NCBI GenBank assembly: GCA_036522875.1
Contig: DATDEZ010000047.1
Span: 51,988-115,987, forward strand
From: Gemmatimonadales bacterium
GTDB taxonomy: Bacteria; Gemmatimonadota; Gemmatimonadetes; Gemmatimonadales; GWC2-71-9
Reading direction: 5' to 3'
DNA length: 64,000 nt
Shown in pieces: positions 56,488 through 64,000 of the stretch. The stretch's first letter is position 1. The number at the start of each line of letters is the position of its first letter. The notes under the pieces were generated by a model. The model saw nothing but the letters and a program-made list of their open reading frames with translations, did no database searches and was not told where the DNA came from. Position numbers and translations under genes: made by a program.

Positions 56488-57287
56488 CAGTCGGAAGGAA
56501 ACGCGCCCGGCGGGAAGATGCGCGCCGCGTTTTTCCAGCGCACGCGCTCGAGATCGGTCTTGGAGAGCAGCGACTCGAGATAGCGCAGCTTGGCCCAGCC
56601 GGTGTCCATCGTGATGTCGCTGCCCCAGAGCAGCCGCTCGACGCCGACGCTCGCGATACAGGCTTCGAGCATGCCGCCGTCCACACCACTGCCGGACAGA
56701 TCGACGTAGACATTCCCGACGTCCGTCACCGCGTGCAGCGAATGCAGCCAGTCACCACCGCCACCGATGTGCGCGAGGATGAAGGCGACCTCAGGATGGC
56801 GACGCGCCAGCGTGCAGAGCTCCACCGCATCGGACGCCTCCTGGCCGGGCCAGTCGCGGCGGCGGTGTTGCCAGATGTGCTGGAGCACCGGCACGCGGCG
56901 TTCGCGCGCGAGCGCGGCGATCGGGTCCAGCAACGGATCATCGGCGCGCCGGCTGGCGGCCAGCTTGATCCCGATCATCCCCGCGTCGAGGCATCGGACG
57001 ATCTCGGCCCGGGCGTGGGCGGTGTAATTCGGGTTGACGCACACGTAGCCGCGGATGCGATCGGGATGCACACGTTGGAGCGCCAGCATGGCGTCGTTGC
57101 CAACGGTGACGTCGGGCGGCGAGGGAAAGTAGGTGGGCGAGGTAAAGCCGAAAGTCCCCAGGATCGAGGCGATATGCGCTGTGATCCCCATCTTCTTGCC
57201 CGCGGTCAGGCGGCTGTCGTTCCGCTCCCGCCAGTCCGCGCGGGGCGTCTTTTGGTGATAGAAATGGGCGTGGACGTCGATCAGCAT
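56487..57287 (-). CDS. Amidohydrolase_2-family metal-dependent hydrolase
   Basis: MLIDVHAHFY (HxH), ILAHIGGGG, LWGSDITMD (terminal Asp). Confidence 0.75.
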   Translation of the reverse strand: MLIDVHAHFYHQKTPRADWRERNDSRLTAGKKMGITAHIASILGTFGFTSPTYFPSPPDVTVGNDAMLALQRVHPDRIRGYVCVNPNYTAHARAEIVRCLDAGMIGIKLAASRRADDPLLDPIAALARERRVPVLQHIWQHRRRDWPGQEASDAVELCTLARRHPEVAFILAHIGGGGDWLHSLHAVTDVGNVYVDLSGSGVDGGMLEACIASVGVERLLWGSDITMDTGWAKLRYLESLLSKTDLERVRWKNAARIFPPGAFPSD

Positions 57288-57341
57288 TGCGACAATCTAC
57301 CCGGCTTTTATTTTGTGGGCTTCCCAAGGGGGGGACCAGCG

Positions 57342-57917
57342 ATGGCGATGGAGACGTTGACCAGCCGCGTAAAGGGCATGCTGCTCGAGCCGCGCGCGAC
57401 CTGGAAAGAGATAGACGGCGAGTTCACGAAGCCCGGCGAGATCTGGAGCAAGTACGTCATCCCCCTCGCGGCGATCGGCCCGATCGCCACGGCCATCGGG
57501 ATGGTGGTCTTTGGCCAGCGGATCGCGTTCACGTCGCTCACCAACAGCGTCACGGTCACGACGGCAGTCGAGCGCGCGATTGCGGGGTACGTGATCTCGT
57601 TGCTGCTCGTGTTCGTGGTCTCGCGTGTGATCAGCCTGCTCGCGCCCGGATTCGGCGGCCAGCGCAACGACGTCCAGGGCCTGAAGGTCGCCGCCTATGC
57701 GAGCACGGCCGCCTGGGTCGGTGGGATCTTCATGCTGATTCCCGCGCTCGGGTTGATCAGCCTGATCTTCTCGCTCTACAGTCTGGTGCTCTTGTACATC
57801 GGACTGCCGATCCTGATGAAGGTGCCGCAGGATCGCGCGATGGGGTACACCGCCGTCGTGATCATCGTGTGCATCGTTGTGTTCCTGATCGCGGCCGCGA
57901 TTCTGACGGCGATCTAG
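57342..57917 (+). CDS. Yip1-domain-like integral membrane protein
   Basis: Soluble N-terminus (LLEPRATWKEIDGE) followed by five TM segments. The 5' part of the long 56466..57917 ORF is antisense shadow. Confidence 0.5.
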   Translation: MAMETLTSRVKGMLLEPRATWKEIDGEFTKPGEIWSKYVIPLAAIGPIATAIGMVVFGQRIAFTSLTNSVTVTTAVERAIAGYVISLLLVFVVSRVISLLAPGFGGQRNDVQGLKVAAYASTAAWVGGIFMLIPALGLISLIFSLYSLVLLYIGLPILMKVPQDRAMGYTAVVIIVCIVVFLIAAAILTAI

Positions 57918-59059
57918 AGCGCGCGCAGCACGCCGTCCAGGATCTCGAGCGAGCGGTCCACCGCGCGCTCGTCGTGGGCGAGGGAGACGAAGTTGTAGGC
58001 GGTGCGTTTGAACAAGAGGCCCTGCGCGGCCGCCGCCTGCGCGGTCCGATGCGAGAGGTCCTCGCTCGCATAATGTAGAAAGCACATCTCCGCGATTCCC
58101 GCCACGCCGGTGATCACGCCGGCGTGGCGTCGCTGCAGTTCATGCAGTCCATGCAGCAGGCGCGTCCCCACTGCGTGCAGTCGACGGCAGACGTCCTGCT
58201 CTACGAAGACCTCGATGGTGGCGCGCGCGGCGGCCAACGCCACGCTCTCCGTCGCCAACGTCGACGAGATCCAGGTCCGTGCCACCGCCTCCATCAGATC
58301 GGCGCGCCCGCCGACGGCCGCGAGCGGAAAGCCGTTCGCGAGCGCCTTTCCGATCACGACGAGGTCGGGCCGAACGCCGTACTTCTCCACCGCCCCGCCG
58401 AGCGCGATGCGGAAGGCGGTCTTGATTTCGTCGAACACGAGCACGGCGCCGGCGCGCGCGGTCTCGTCGCGCAGCATCTGCAGCCACTCCCGCGTCGGCT
58501 CGGCGACGATCACGGGCTCGATCACGACGGCAGCCAGCCGCCCGGCGCGCGCGTGAATCATGTCACGTCCCGCCCGCACGTCGTTGAACGGCAGCTCGGC
58601 GAACAGACCACGCACCGCCGCGGGCACCCCCTCGGTCGCTCCCTGACACCAATCGAGCCAGCCGTGATAGCCGCACCCCAGGATTTCGTCGCGGCCGGTC
58701 GCGACGCGCGCCAGTCGCACCGCCGCTGCCACCGCCTCGGCCCCGGTCTTGAGGAAGCGCACGCGCTCCATCCAGGGGATGCGCGCCGCCAACACGTCGG
58801 CGAGCTCTGCTTCGATGACGGGTGGCAGCGGACCGACCACACCGGCGGCGATCGCCGCTTCCGCCGCGCGATTCACGGCCGGATGCCCGTAGCCCAGCGC
58901 GACGGCGCCGAGGGCCATCACGTAGTCGAGGTACTCGCGCCCGTCGCGGTCCCACACGCGACAGCCCGCGGCCCGCGTCATTTGCGACGGCGAGCCGAAC
59001 AGCGCGTCGGGGCGCTTGCTACCGGTCGAGGTGAATCCGGGAACGCGCCAGTCGCTCAC
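57914..59059 (-). CDS. Class-III PLP aminotransferase, glutamate-1-semialdehyde aminomutase-like
   Basis: GCRVWDRDGREYLDYVMALGAVALGYGHP, GAEAVAAAVRLAR, VLVFDEIKTAFR (PLP lysine context). Confidence 0.75.
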   Translation of the reverse strand: MSDWRVPGFTSTGSKRPDALFGSPSQMTRAAGCRVWDRDGREYLDYVMALGAVALGYGHPAVNRAAEAAIAAGVVGPLPPVIEAELADVLAARIPWMERVRFLKTGAEAVAAAVRLARVATGRDEILGCGYHGWLDWCQGATEGVPAAVRGLFAELPFNDVRAGRDMIHARAGRLAAVVIEPVIVAEPTREWLQMLRDETARAGAVLVFDEIKTAFRIALGGAVEKYGVRPDLVVIGKALANGFPLAAVGGRADLMEAVARTWISSTLATESVALAAARATIEVFVEQDVCRRLHAVGTRLLHGLHELQRRHAGVITGVAGIAEMCFLHYASEDLSHRTAQAAAAQGLLFKRTAYNFVSLAHDERAVDRSLEILDGVLRAL

Positions 59060-59765
59060 CGTATTTGGTCACCTCAATGGCAATTGCGCGGAGCAGTTTG
59101 ACTTCGCGGGCATCGAGCGGCGTGCGGTGCCCCACTTCCCGCAGCGTCCGCATGACGGCGTCCGAATTGCGCGTCTTGAAGAACTCGATGGCGTCGAGCG
59201 CGCGCGCGACGTCGTCGAACAGGCGCTCGACCTCGTCCGCGACGGCGGGCTCCGACGGACGCCGTGGCGTCTTGAACGGCTGCGACTCGACGCCGCGCGC
59301 GAGCGCGAGCTCGTACAGCATGACGATGACCGCATGCGCGAGATTGAGTGACGAGTACGTGGGCTCGCTGGGGATCGTCACGACGCGATGACAGCGGTCG
59401 AGCGCGTCGTTCGACAGCCCGCGATCCTCGCGGCCAAAGAGCAGTGCCACCGGGCCGCCATCCGCGAGCTCGAGCACTTCCGTCGCCGCTTCGCGCGGCC
59501 GCTGCTGGTTGCGTTTCGCGGTCCGGCCACGTGCGGTGAAGCCCACGATGTGCACGCAATCGGCAAGGGCCTCGGCGAGCGTCGCGAAGGTGCGGACGCG
59601 CGCGAGGAGGTCCTGCGTCTGATGTGCGATCCCTTCGACGCGGTAGGGCTCGTATTCCCGGGGATTCACGAGCCGCAGATCGCGCAGCCCGAAGTTCTTC
59701 ATGCCGCGGACCACGTGCGCGATGTTGACGAGGTCCTGCGGCTCGTCCAGCACGACCACGATCAT
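59019..59765 (-). CDS. SpoU/TrmH-family RNA 2'-O-methyltransferase (TrmJ-like)
   Basis: ATG 59765 with an ATGA overlap to the upstream stop. LLFGREDRGLSN and IPSEPTYSSLNLAHAVIVMLYE SPOUT motifs. Confidence 0.8.
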   Translation of the reverse strand: MIVVVLDEPQDLVNIAHVVRGMKNFGLRDLRLVNPREYEPYRVEGIAHQTQDLLARVRTFATLAEALADCVHIVGFTARGRTAKRNQQRPREAATEVLELADGGPVALLFGREDRGLSNDALDRCHRVVTIPSEPTYSSLNLAHAVIVMLYELALARGVESQPFKTPRRPSEPAVADEVERLFDDVARALDAIEFFKTRNSDAVMRTLREVGHRTPLDAREVKLLRAIAIEVTKYGERLARSRIHLDR

Positions 59766-62566
59766 CCGACGAGCTCCAGCATTCCGAACCGCGCGGGGTC
59801 CTGACGGTCGCCGCGCAGCCAGATCCAGCCGCCGCCACCGCTCCAGACGAGCTGGCCCGTGCGGCGCGTGCGGGCGGGCAGCATCTCGTTGACGATGAGA
59901 TCGAACGCGACATGGGCGCCCGCATGAGGACGGACGCCGGACGGCCACGGAACGGCGACGGTCACGCAATAACCGCCGGGCGTCCGGCGCCACCCGCCCA
60001 CGACCGCACCGGCATCCGCGCCGTTGCGCGTATCGCTGGTCACGCGCGCGCGAACGCCGCTGCCGGCGTCGTCCGGCACGATGAGGTACCCGACCGCGTC
60101 GTGGCGGCCGCCATCAGAGGACGCATCCGATGCACCGGCGCGTGGCGCGAGATAGAGCTGGAGGCCGTCGGAGTGGATGTCGTCCGGTTCGTTATCGACG
60201 TTCGCGGGCGGCTTCCCAGCCGCGCGCAGGCACACGTCCGGCTTCGTCACCTCGACGCCGAGATACAAGGCGCGCTCGTCCCAGGCCGTGTGCGCCGTGG
60301 CGGAGAATTCGTCGGGACCGGGATACGGGTCTTCACTGCGGCGATATTGATCTTCGAGCACCAGTTCGATCGGCTCGGAGAGCTCGAACCCCTCGAGCGT
60401 GCCGTCGAGCGGCGGCGGCGCGCCCACGCGAAACGCCGGCGCCTGCACCGGCGTCGGCGGATCGATCTCCAGCATCGGCACGAAGGCCGGCTGCTCCTCC
60501 CGTGCACCGCGCAGAACGACCGCCGGTTGATTCTCCTGTTCGACGATCCATTCCGTGCGGCCGAATCGATGACGATCGATTCCGCCGCCTCTGCGCGTGA
60601 CCTCGATCGTGTCGCCCTGAACCTGCACGCGCTGCACCGCGGCGTCCGAAGAGCCGGGCTCCAGTACCGTCACAAATCGTACATTGCGGCCGCGGGCGCG
60701 CGCGACGTAGAAGCGGACGCGCTCTCGGCTTCCTGGACGCCCCGGGCCTTCCATCTCCAGCAGCTCCCCACCGCCGACGACGAGGTGAGCCGCCAGGTGC
60801 GCGCCTTCGTGTTCGTGACGGATAACGATCGCTTCGCCGGGAAGCGCCGGGACAAACCCCTGCACGCGCGTGACGAACGGATCGGTCAGCTCGCCATCCT
60901 TCCACCGTCCTGCCGACTCGACCCCGCCGCTTCCGGCGAAATGCCACGGCAGCTCGATCGTGTGATCCTCCCCGGCCGTGAAGTCGACGACGTCCACGAT
61001 GTAGCGCGGGCCATGCGCCGTCATCCGGTGCAGGCCGCCGAACCGTCCGCGGACCCAGCCCCACGCATCGGCTTCGTCAAAGCACTCGCACGCCGCGTCG
61101 CCTGCCCCGTCGAGCTCGTCGTCACGCCGCGGCGCGTTGTGCGCGAGCGTCGAGCGGTACCAGAAGAGATCGGGTGTCACGTACCGGCCGGTGCCCGGAT
61201 CGGCCAGCCACAGGACACCGTCGGCGAACAGCGTCAGGTGCAAGCGGTCAGGATGGCCGTGCCCGCCGCCGTAGGCGCCGCATTCGACGCTCACGTAGCG
61301 GCCATCGCCCCGCAGAATCGCGAGACCCTGACTCTGCATCAGAACGCTGTGCGGCTCCCAGGCGGCCGCAGGCTCGGGGAGATCCGGTTGCATCGCGAGC
61401 AGGCTCCACCACGAAAGCGCCGTGCGGACGACGGCGTGCGGTTGGCGATCGAGCGGGGCGTCGTGCAGGTAGTAGTCCTGGATCAACCAGGGGGCGGGCC
61501 GCGCCGCGTACAACGCGCGCAGCCATGCGCTCAGCTCAGCAGTGTCGATCGTGTCTCGGCCGCCGAGCTGCGCGAGACCCACCTCCCACGAGTCTACGAA
61601 GGACGGCTGCGCGAGCGCGATGTCGAACTGCGCGTCCTTCCGCGCCGGGAAGGTCAGATCGGGCAGCGCCGTCAGCCCGGGCGCGAGCAACGCGGCCTGA
61701 AGTCGCGCCGCGAGGCGCTCGTCGCCCGCGATATCCACGCCGGCGAGGCGCGCCCAGGCGGCGCCGGTCAGCATGCCGCGGAGGGCGAACAGATGGTAGT
61801 TCTCGCCCTCGTACCACATGCCGTCGCGTCCGTAGCCGCGCATGAGATGGGCGATGAGTCCCGTGTCGCCCTCGATCACGCGTTGCGCGAGCTCTTCATC
61901 CTCGAACCACACCGCGACGGCGGTGAGCGCCGCGTTGTTCCAGGTTTGGCGGTTCGAAAACCCCTCGTCGTACTCGCCGATGATCGTCGCCGCTTCTTCA
62001 GCCACCTGATTCACGCCGCGCGCGGTCGCATCGTCGAGCTGCCCTGCGGCGCGGAGAATCGTCGCCGCGGCGAGGTAGTTGCAGGTCCACAACGATTCAA
62101 GGTACGTCGAGAAGAACAGCCGGCTCGGACCCAGCAGATTGTCGACGTTGGGATAGCGCCAGTAGCGCTGCGCGTACGCCTGGAGAATCTCCCGCGCCCG
62201 CGCCGCGGCTGCGCGATCCGCGGGTCCACCGTCACCCACTGCGCTGAGCGCCGCGAGGTGCGCGGCACGTTCAGCCAGCCACAGGTGTTGCTGGCGCGCC
62301 CAGCTGCGATCGTGGCGCTCACCGCTCCAGCTCTTGCCGCACTGCGGGCACCGATGCGCCGACGGACTCCACGGATCGAACGTCAGCTGCGTACCGTCCT
62401 CGGGACAGACACCGCCGTCCACGGAGAGCAGCGCTTTCTGCTCAGGCACGGTGGGCATCTGCTGAATCAGCGGCTTTGCGCGCTCCTCGAGGTGCGCGAG
62501 CAGCTTCCGCAAGTCGGCAGACTCCCGGACGGCCCGCGCGCGCTCCTGGAGCTCGGTTTCCGTCAC
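59762..62566 (-). CDS. Heparinase II/III-like protein with an N-terminal zinc ribbon and a C-terminal CBM9-like domain; no signal peptide
   Basis: CPEDG...CPQCG ribbon. GGGHGHPDRLHLTLFADGVLWLADPGTGRY heparinase II/III motif. C-terminal ...ALYLGVEV...DDIHSDGLQLYL. The probable start is GTG 62566 (GTGA overlap with the kinase stop). Confidence 0.7.
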   Translation of the reverse strand: MTETELQERARAVRESADLRKLLAHLEERAKPLIQQMPTVPEQKALLSVDGGVCPEDGTQLTFDPWSPSAHRCPQCGKSWSGERHDRSWARQQHLWLAERAAHLAALSAVGDGGPADRAAAARAREILQAYAQRYWRYPNVDNLLGPSRLFFSTYLESLWTCNYLAAATILRAAGQLDDATARGVNQVAEEAATIIGEYDEGFSNRQTWNNAALTAVAVWFEDEELAQRVIEGDTGLIAHLMRGYGRDGMWYEGENYHLFALRGMLTGAAWARLAGVDIAGDERLAARLQAALLAPGLTALPDLTFPARKDAQFDIALAQPSFVDSWEVGLAQLGGRDTIDTAELSAWLRALYAARPAPWLIQDYYLHDAPLDRQPHAVVRTALSWWSLLAMQPDLPEPAAAWEPHSVLMQSQGLAILRGDGRYVSVECGAYGGGHGHPDRLHLTLFADGVLWLADPGTGRYVTPDLFWYRSTLAHNAPRRDDELDGAGDAACECFDEADAWGWVRGRFGGLHRMTAHGPRYIVDVVDFTAGEDHTIELPWHFAGSGGVESAGRWKDGELTDPFVTRVQGFVPALPGEAIVIRHEHEGAHLAAHLVVGGGELLEMEGPGRPGSRERVRFYVARARGRNVRFVTVLEPGSSDAAVQRVQVQGDTIEVTRRGGGIDRHRFGRTEWIVEQENQPAVVLRGAREEQPAFVPMLEIDPPTPVQAPAFRVGAPPPLDGTLEGFELSEPIELVLEDQYRRSEDPYPGPDEFSATAHTAWDERALYLGVEVTKPDVCLRAAGKPPANVDNEPDDIHSDGLQLYLAPRAGASDASSDGGRHDAVGYLIVPDDAGSGVRARVTSDTRNGADAGAVVGGWRRTPGGYCVTVAVPWPSGVRPHAGAHVAFDLIVNEMLPARTRRTGQLVWSGGGGWIWLRGDRQDPARFGMLELVG

Positions 62567-63588
62567 CACGCGCGCACCCCTTCGCCGGCCCATGCGAGCG
62601 GCAAGACACGCGCTCCCGTCTCTAGCAACGGCCGCGCCGCATCGCGAGCATCACCGCGCATGATGAAAAACATGCATCCTCCCGCCCCCGCCCCGGCCGC
62701 CTTGCCGCCGATCGCGCCCGCGTGCTTTGCTGCGTCCCCGACCCGCGCCATGTCTGCGGTCCGCATTCCCGCGTCCAGCGCCTGCTGATGCTTCCAATTC
62801 TCCGACAGGAGCATTCCCACGCGACCCAAATCAGCGGCTCGAAGCGCCTCGGCCATCGCGTTGCCCGTCTCCTTGAGTCCGCGCAGCGCGCCGGTCACCT
62901 GCGCGTCGCCGCGCTCGTACGCGCTCATCACGCGCGCGATCGTGTCACCGGACACGCGGGACTTGTTCGTGTAACAGATCACCGTCTGCCGCTCCAGCGC
63001 CGCGCGAAACTCGGGGTCGAGCGTCAACGGCTCGATGCCCACATCAGGGTCGCGGAAGCTCAAGCGATGAAAGCCGCCCAACGCCGCGGCGTACTGATCC
63101 TGCTTCCCCCCTGGAAGCTGCGCTTCGATCGTCTCGACCTGCCAGGCGTGATCGGCGACCTCGGGCGCGTTCACAGCATCCTGGCGAGCCCGGCACAGCG
63201 CGCCGACAAGCGCGACCCCCAGCGCCCCGGAGCTGCCGAGTCCCGATCCCGGTGGCGCGTCACCGCGCGTCGTCAGTGTAAAGCCGCCAAGCACGGGGAA
63301 GCGGCGGAGCGCGGCCGTGAGCAAGGGCAGCTTCGGGCCGGTCAAGCCGCCCGAATTCGCGCACTCGAGTGTCTCGCCGAGCTCTTCTGCCACCAGCCGC
63401 AACAGCGTGCCGCCGAGCTCCAGCGAGACATGCGCTCGCAGCCCGATCGCGCCGTTCACGACGACGCCGCCTTCCCGCTGCGAGAACGGCGGCACGTCGG
63501 TCCACCCGCCGGCGAAGTCGAGCCGCATCGGCGCGCTCGCGTGGAATGCGGTCGGCAGGTCGCGCCGTCTCACGGCACCGTCCGCCAT
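62563..63588 (-). CDS. GHMP-family sugar kinase
   Basis: APMRLDFAGGWTDVPPF N-terminal motif and the PPGSGLGSSGALGVAL phosphate-binding loop. Confidence 0.8.
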   Translation of the reverse strand: MADGAVRRRDLPTAFHASAPMRLDFAGGWTDVPPFSQREGGVVVNGAIGLRAHVSLELGGTLLRLVAEELGETLECANSGGLTGPKLPLLTAALRRFPVLGGFTLTTRGDAPPGSGLGSSGALGVALVGALCRARQDAVNAPEVADHAWQVETIEAQLPGGKQDQYAAALGGFHRLSFRDPDVGIEPLTLDPEFRAALERQTVICYTNKSRVSGDTIARVMSAYERGDAQVTGALRGLKETGNAMAEALRAADLGRVGMLLSENWKHQQALDAGMRTADMARVGDAAKHAGAIGGKAAGAGAGGCMFFIMRGDARDAARPLLETGARVLPLAWAGEGVRAW

Positions 63589-64000
63589 GCCGCCACCGAC
63601 GGCAGCTCGCCGCGCAGATCCATTTGCACATGTTGGACGCGTCGATTCACTCCCTGCACGCCTCGCGCGTGGTATAACCAGACCACGGGACGCTGTTCCG
63701 CAAGGACGCGTTGCGCGAGGCCGGGATCACGCGGAATCGCCACGCCCGTCAGCCGGCCGATGGTCTGCAGATATCCCAGTCCTGCGTCTCCGGGAATTCC
63801 CATCACCGCCGCCGTGAATTCGTGGCGCTCGCCGTACACGCGATCCAGGAACGCCGAGAACTCGAGCTGGCGGATGGTGACGTCGAAGCCGACGGCCGAC
63901 AGACGCGCCTGCAGAATCTGCTCCAACGCCCCTTCCCCGCTGCCGACCGACAGGAGCTCGAAACGCGGTCGCGCGCCCAGTGCGGCCACGATGCGCCGAG
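63570..64000 (-). CDS. ABC transporter family-5 (peptide/nickel) substrate-binding protein, C-terminal part; 5' end outside the window
   Basis: The ORF is open to the window edge. The pattern GFDVTIRQLEFSAFLDRV...WLYHARGVQGVNRRVQ is typical of the SBP_bac_5 C-terminus. Confidence 0.6.
   Translation of the reverse strand, partial: RRIVAALGARPRFELLSVGSGEGALEQILQARLSAVGFDVTIRQLEFSAFLDRVYGERHEFTAAVMGIPGDAGLGYLQTIGRLTGVAIPRDPGLAQRVLAEQRPVVWLYHARGVQGVNRRVQHVQMDLRGELPSVAAWRTVP

Noticed and set aside
59912-62788. A 958-aa plus-strand ORF, and similar long ORFs at 1760..3082, 43671..44924, 47319..49067, 9297..10775, 26830..28356 and 30754..31902.
   Set aside because: These are antisense to genes with clear family motifs. 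Their translations are Arg/Ala/Gly/Pro-rich low-complexity sequence, typical of stop-codon-poor shadow frames in about 70% GC DNA.

Overview
This is a high-GC bacterial chromosomal segment. Hand counts on sampled 60-nt lines give about 70% G+C. The gene content (alternative complex III, an ExbB-ExbD-ExbD-TonB block, DUF2911, lipoprotein cupredoxins) looks Gemmatimonadota-like, but that is inference only. Most of the window is densely packed housekeeping and metabolic operons, with many 4-nt ATGA/GTGA start-stop overlaps:
- TonB/ExbBD energy transduction with three TonB paralogs
- a kinase-regulator-kinase two-component operon
- a sugar-type ABC importer with no binding protein
- sodA
- a large secreted NUC-family nuclease
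- an M6 metalloprotease
- a putative Spt/GNAT/SDR/PAP2 sphingolipid module
- copper proteins
- a VIT-vWA protein with an ECF sigma/anti-sigma pair
- a complete actABCDEF operon followed by two cupredoxins
- a seven-gene catabolic operon
- a heparinase II/III-like gene with a GHMP kinase

The outstanding feature is a 4.8-kb lower-GC insertion at 21021-25824 that splits a tRNA-Cys(GCA) gene exactly in its anticodon loop. Both junctions carry a 7-bp TTGCAAA duplication. The island has no recognisable recombinase. It carries its own intact tRNA-Cys, a degenerate tRNA 3'-end remnant and a truncated protease. It also carries a compact four-gene locus that I consider a candidate undescribed anti-phage/abortive-infection system: a membrane-anchored HEPN-like protein, an acidic-linker wHTH protein, a wHTH-HEPN(Rx4H) protein and an HNH-coiled-coil-zinc-ribbon nuclease. 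All calls rest on motif reading by eye. No database search was possible.
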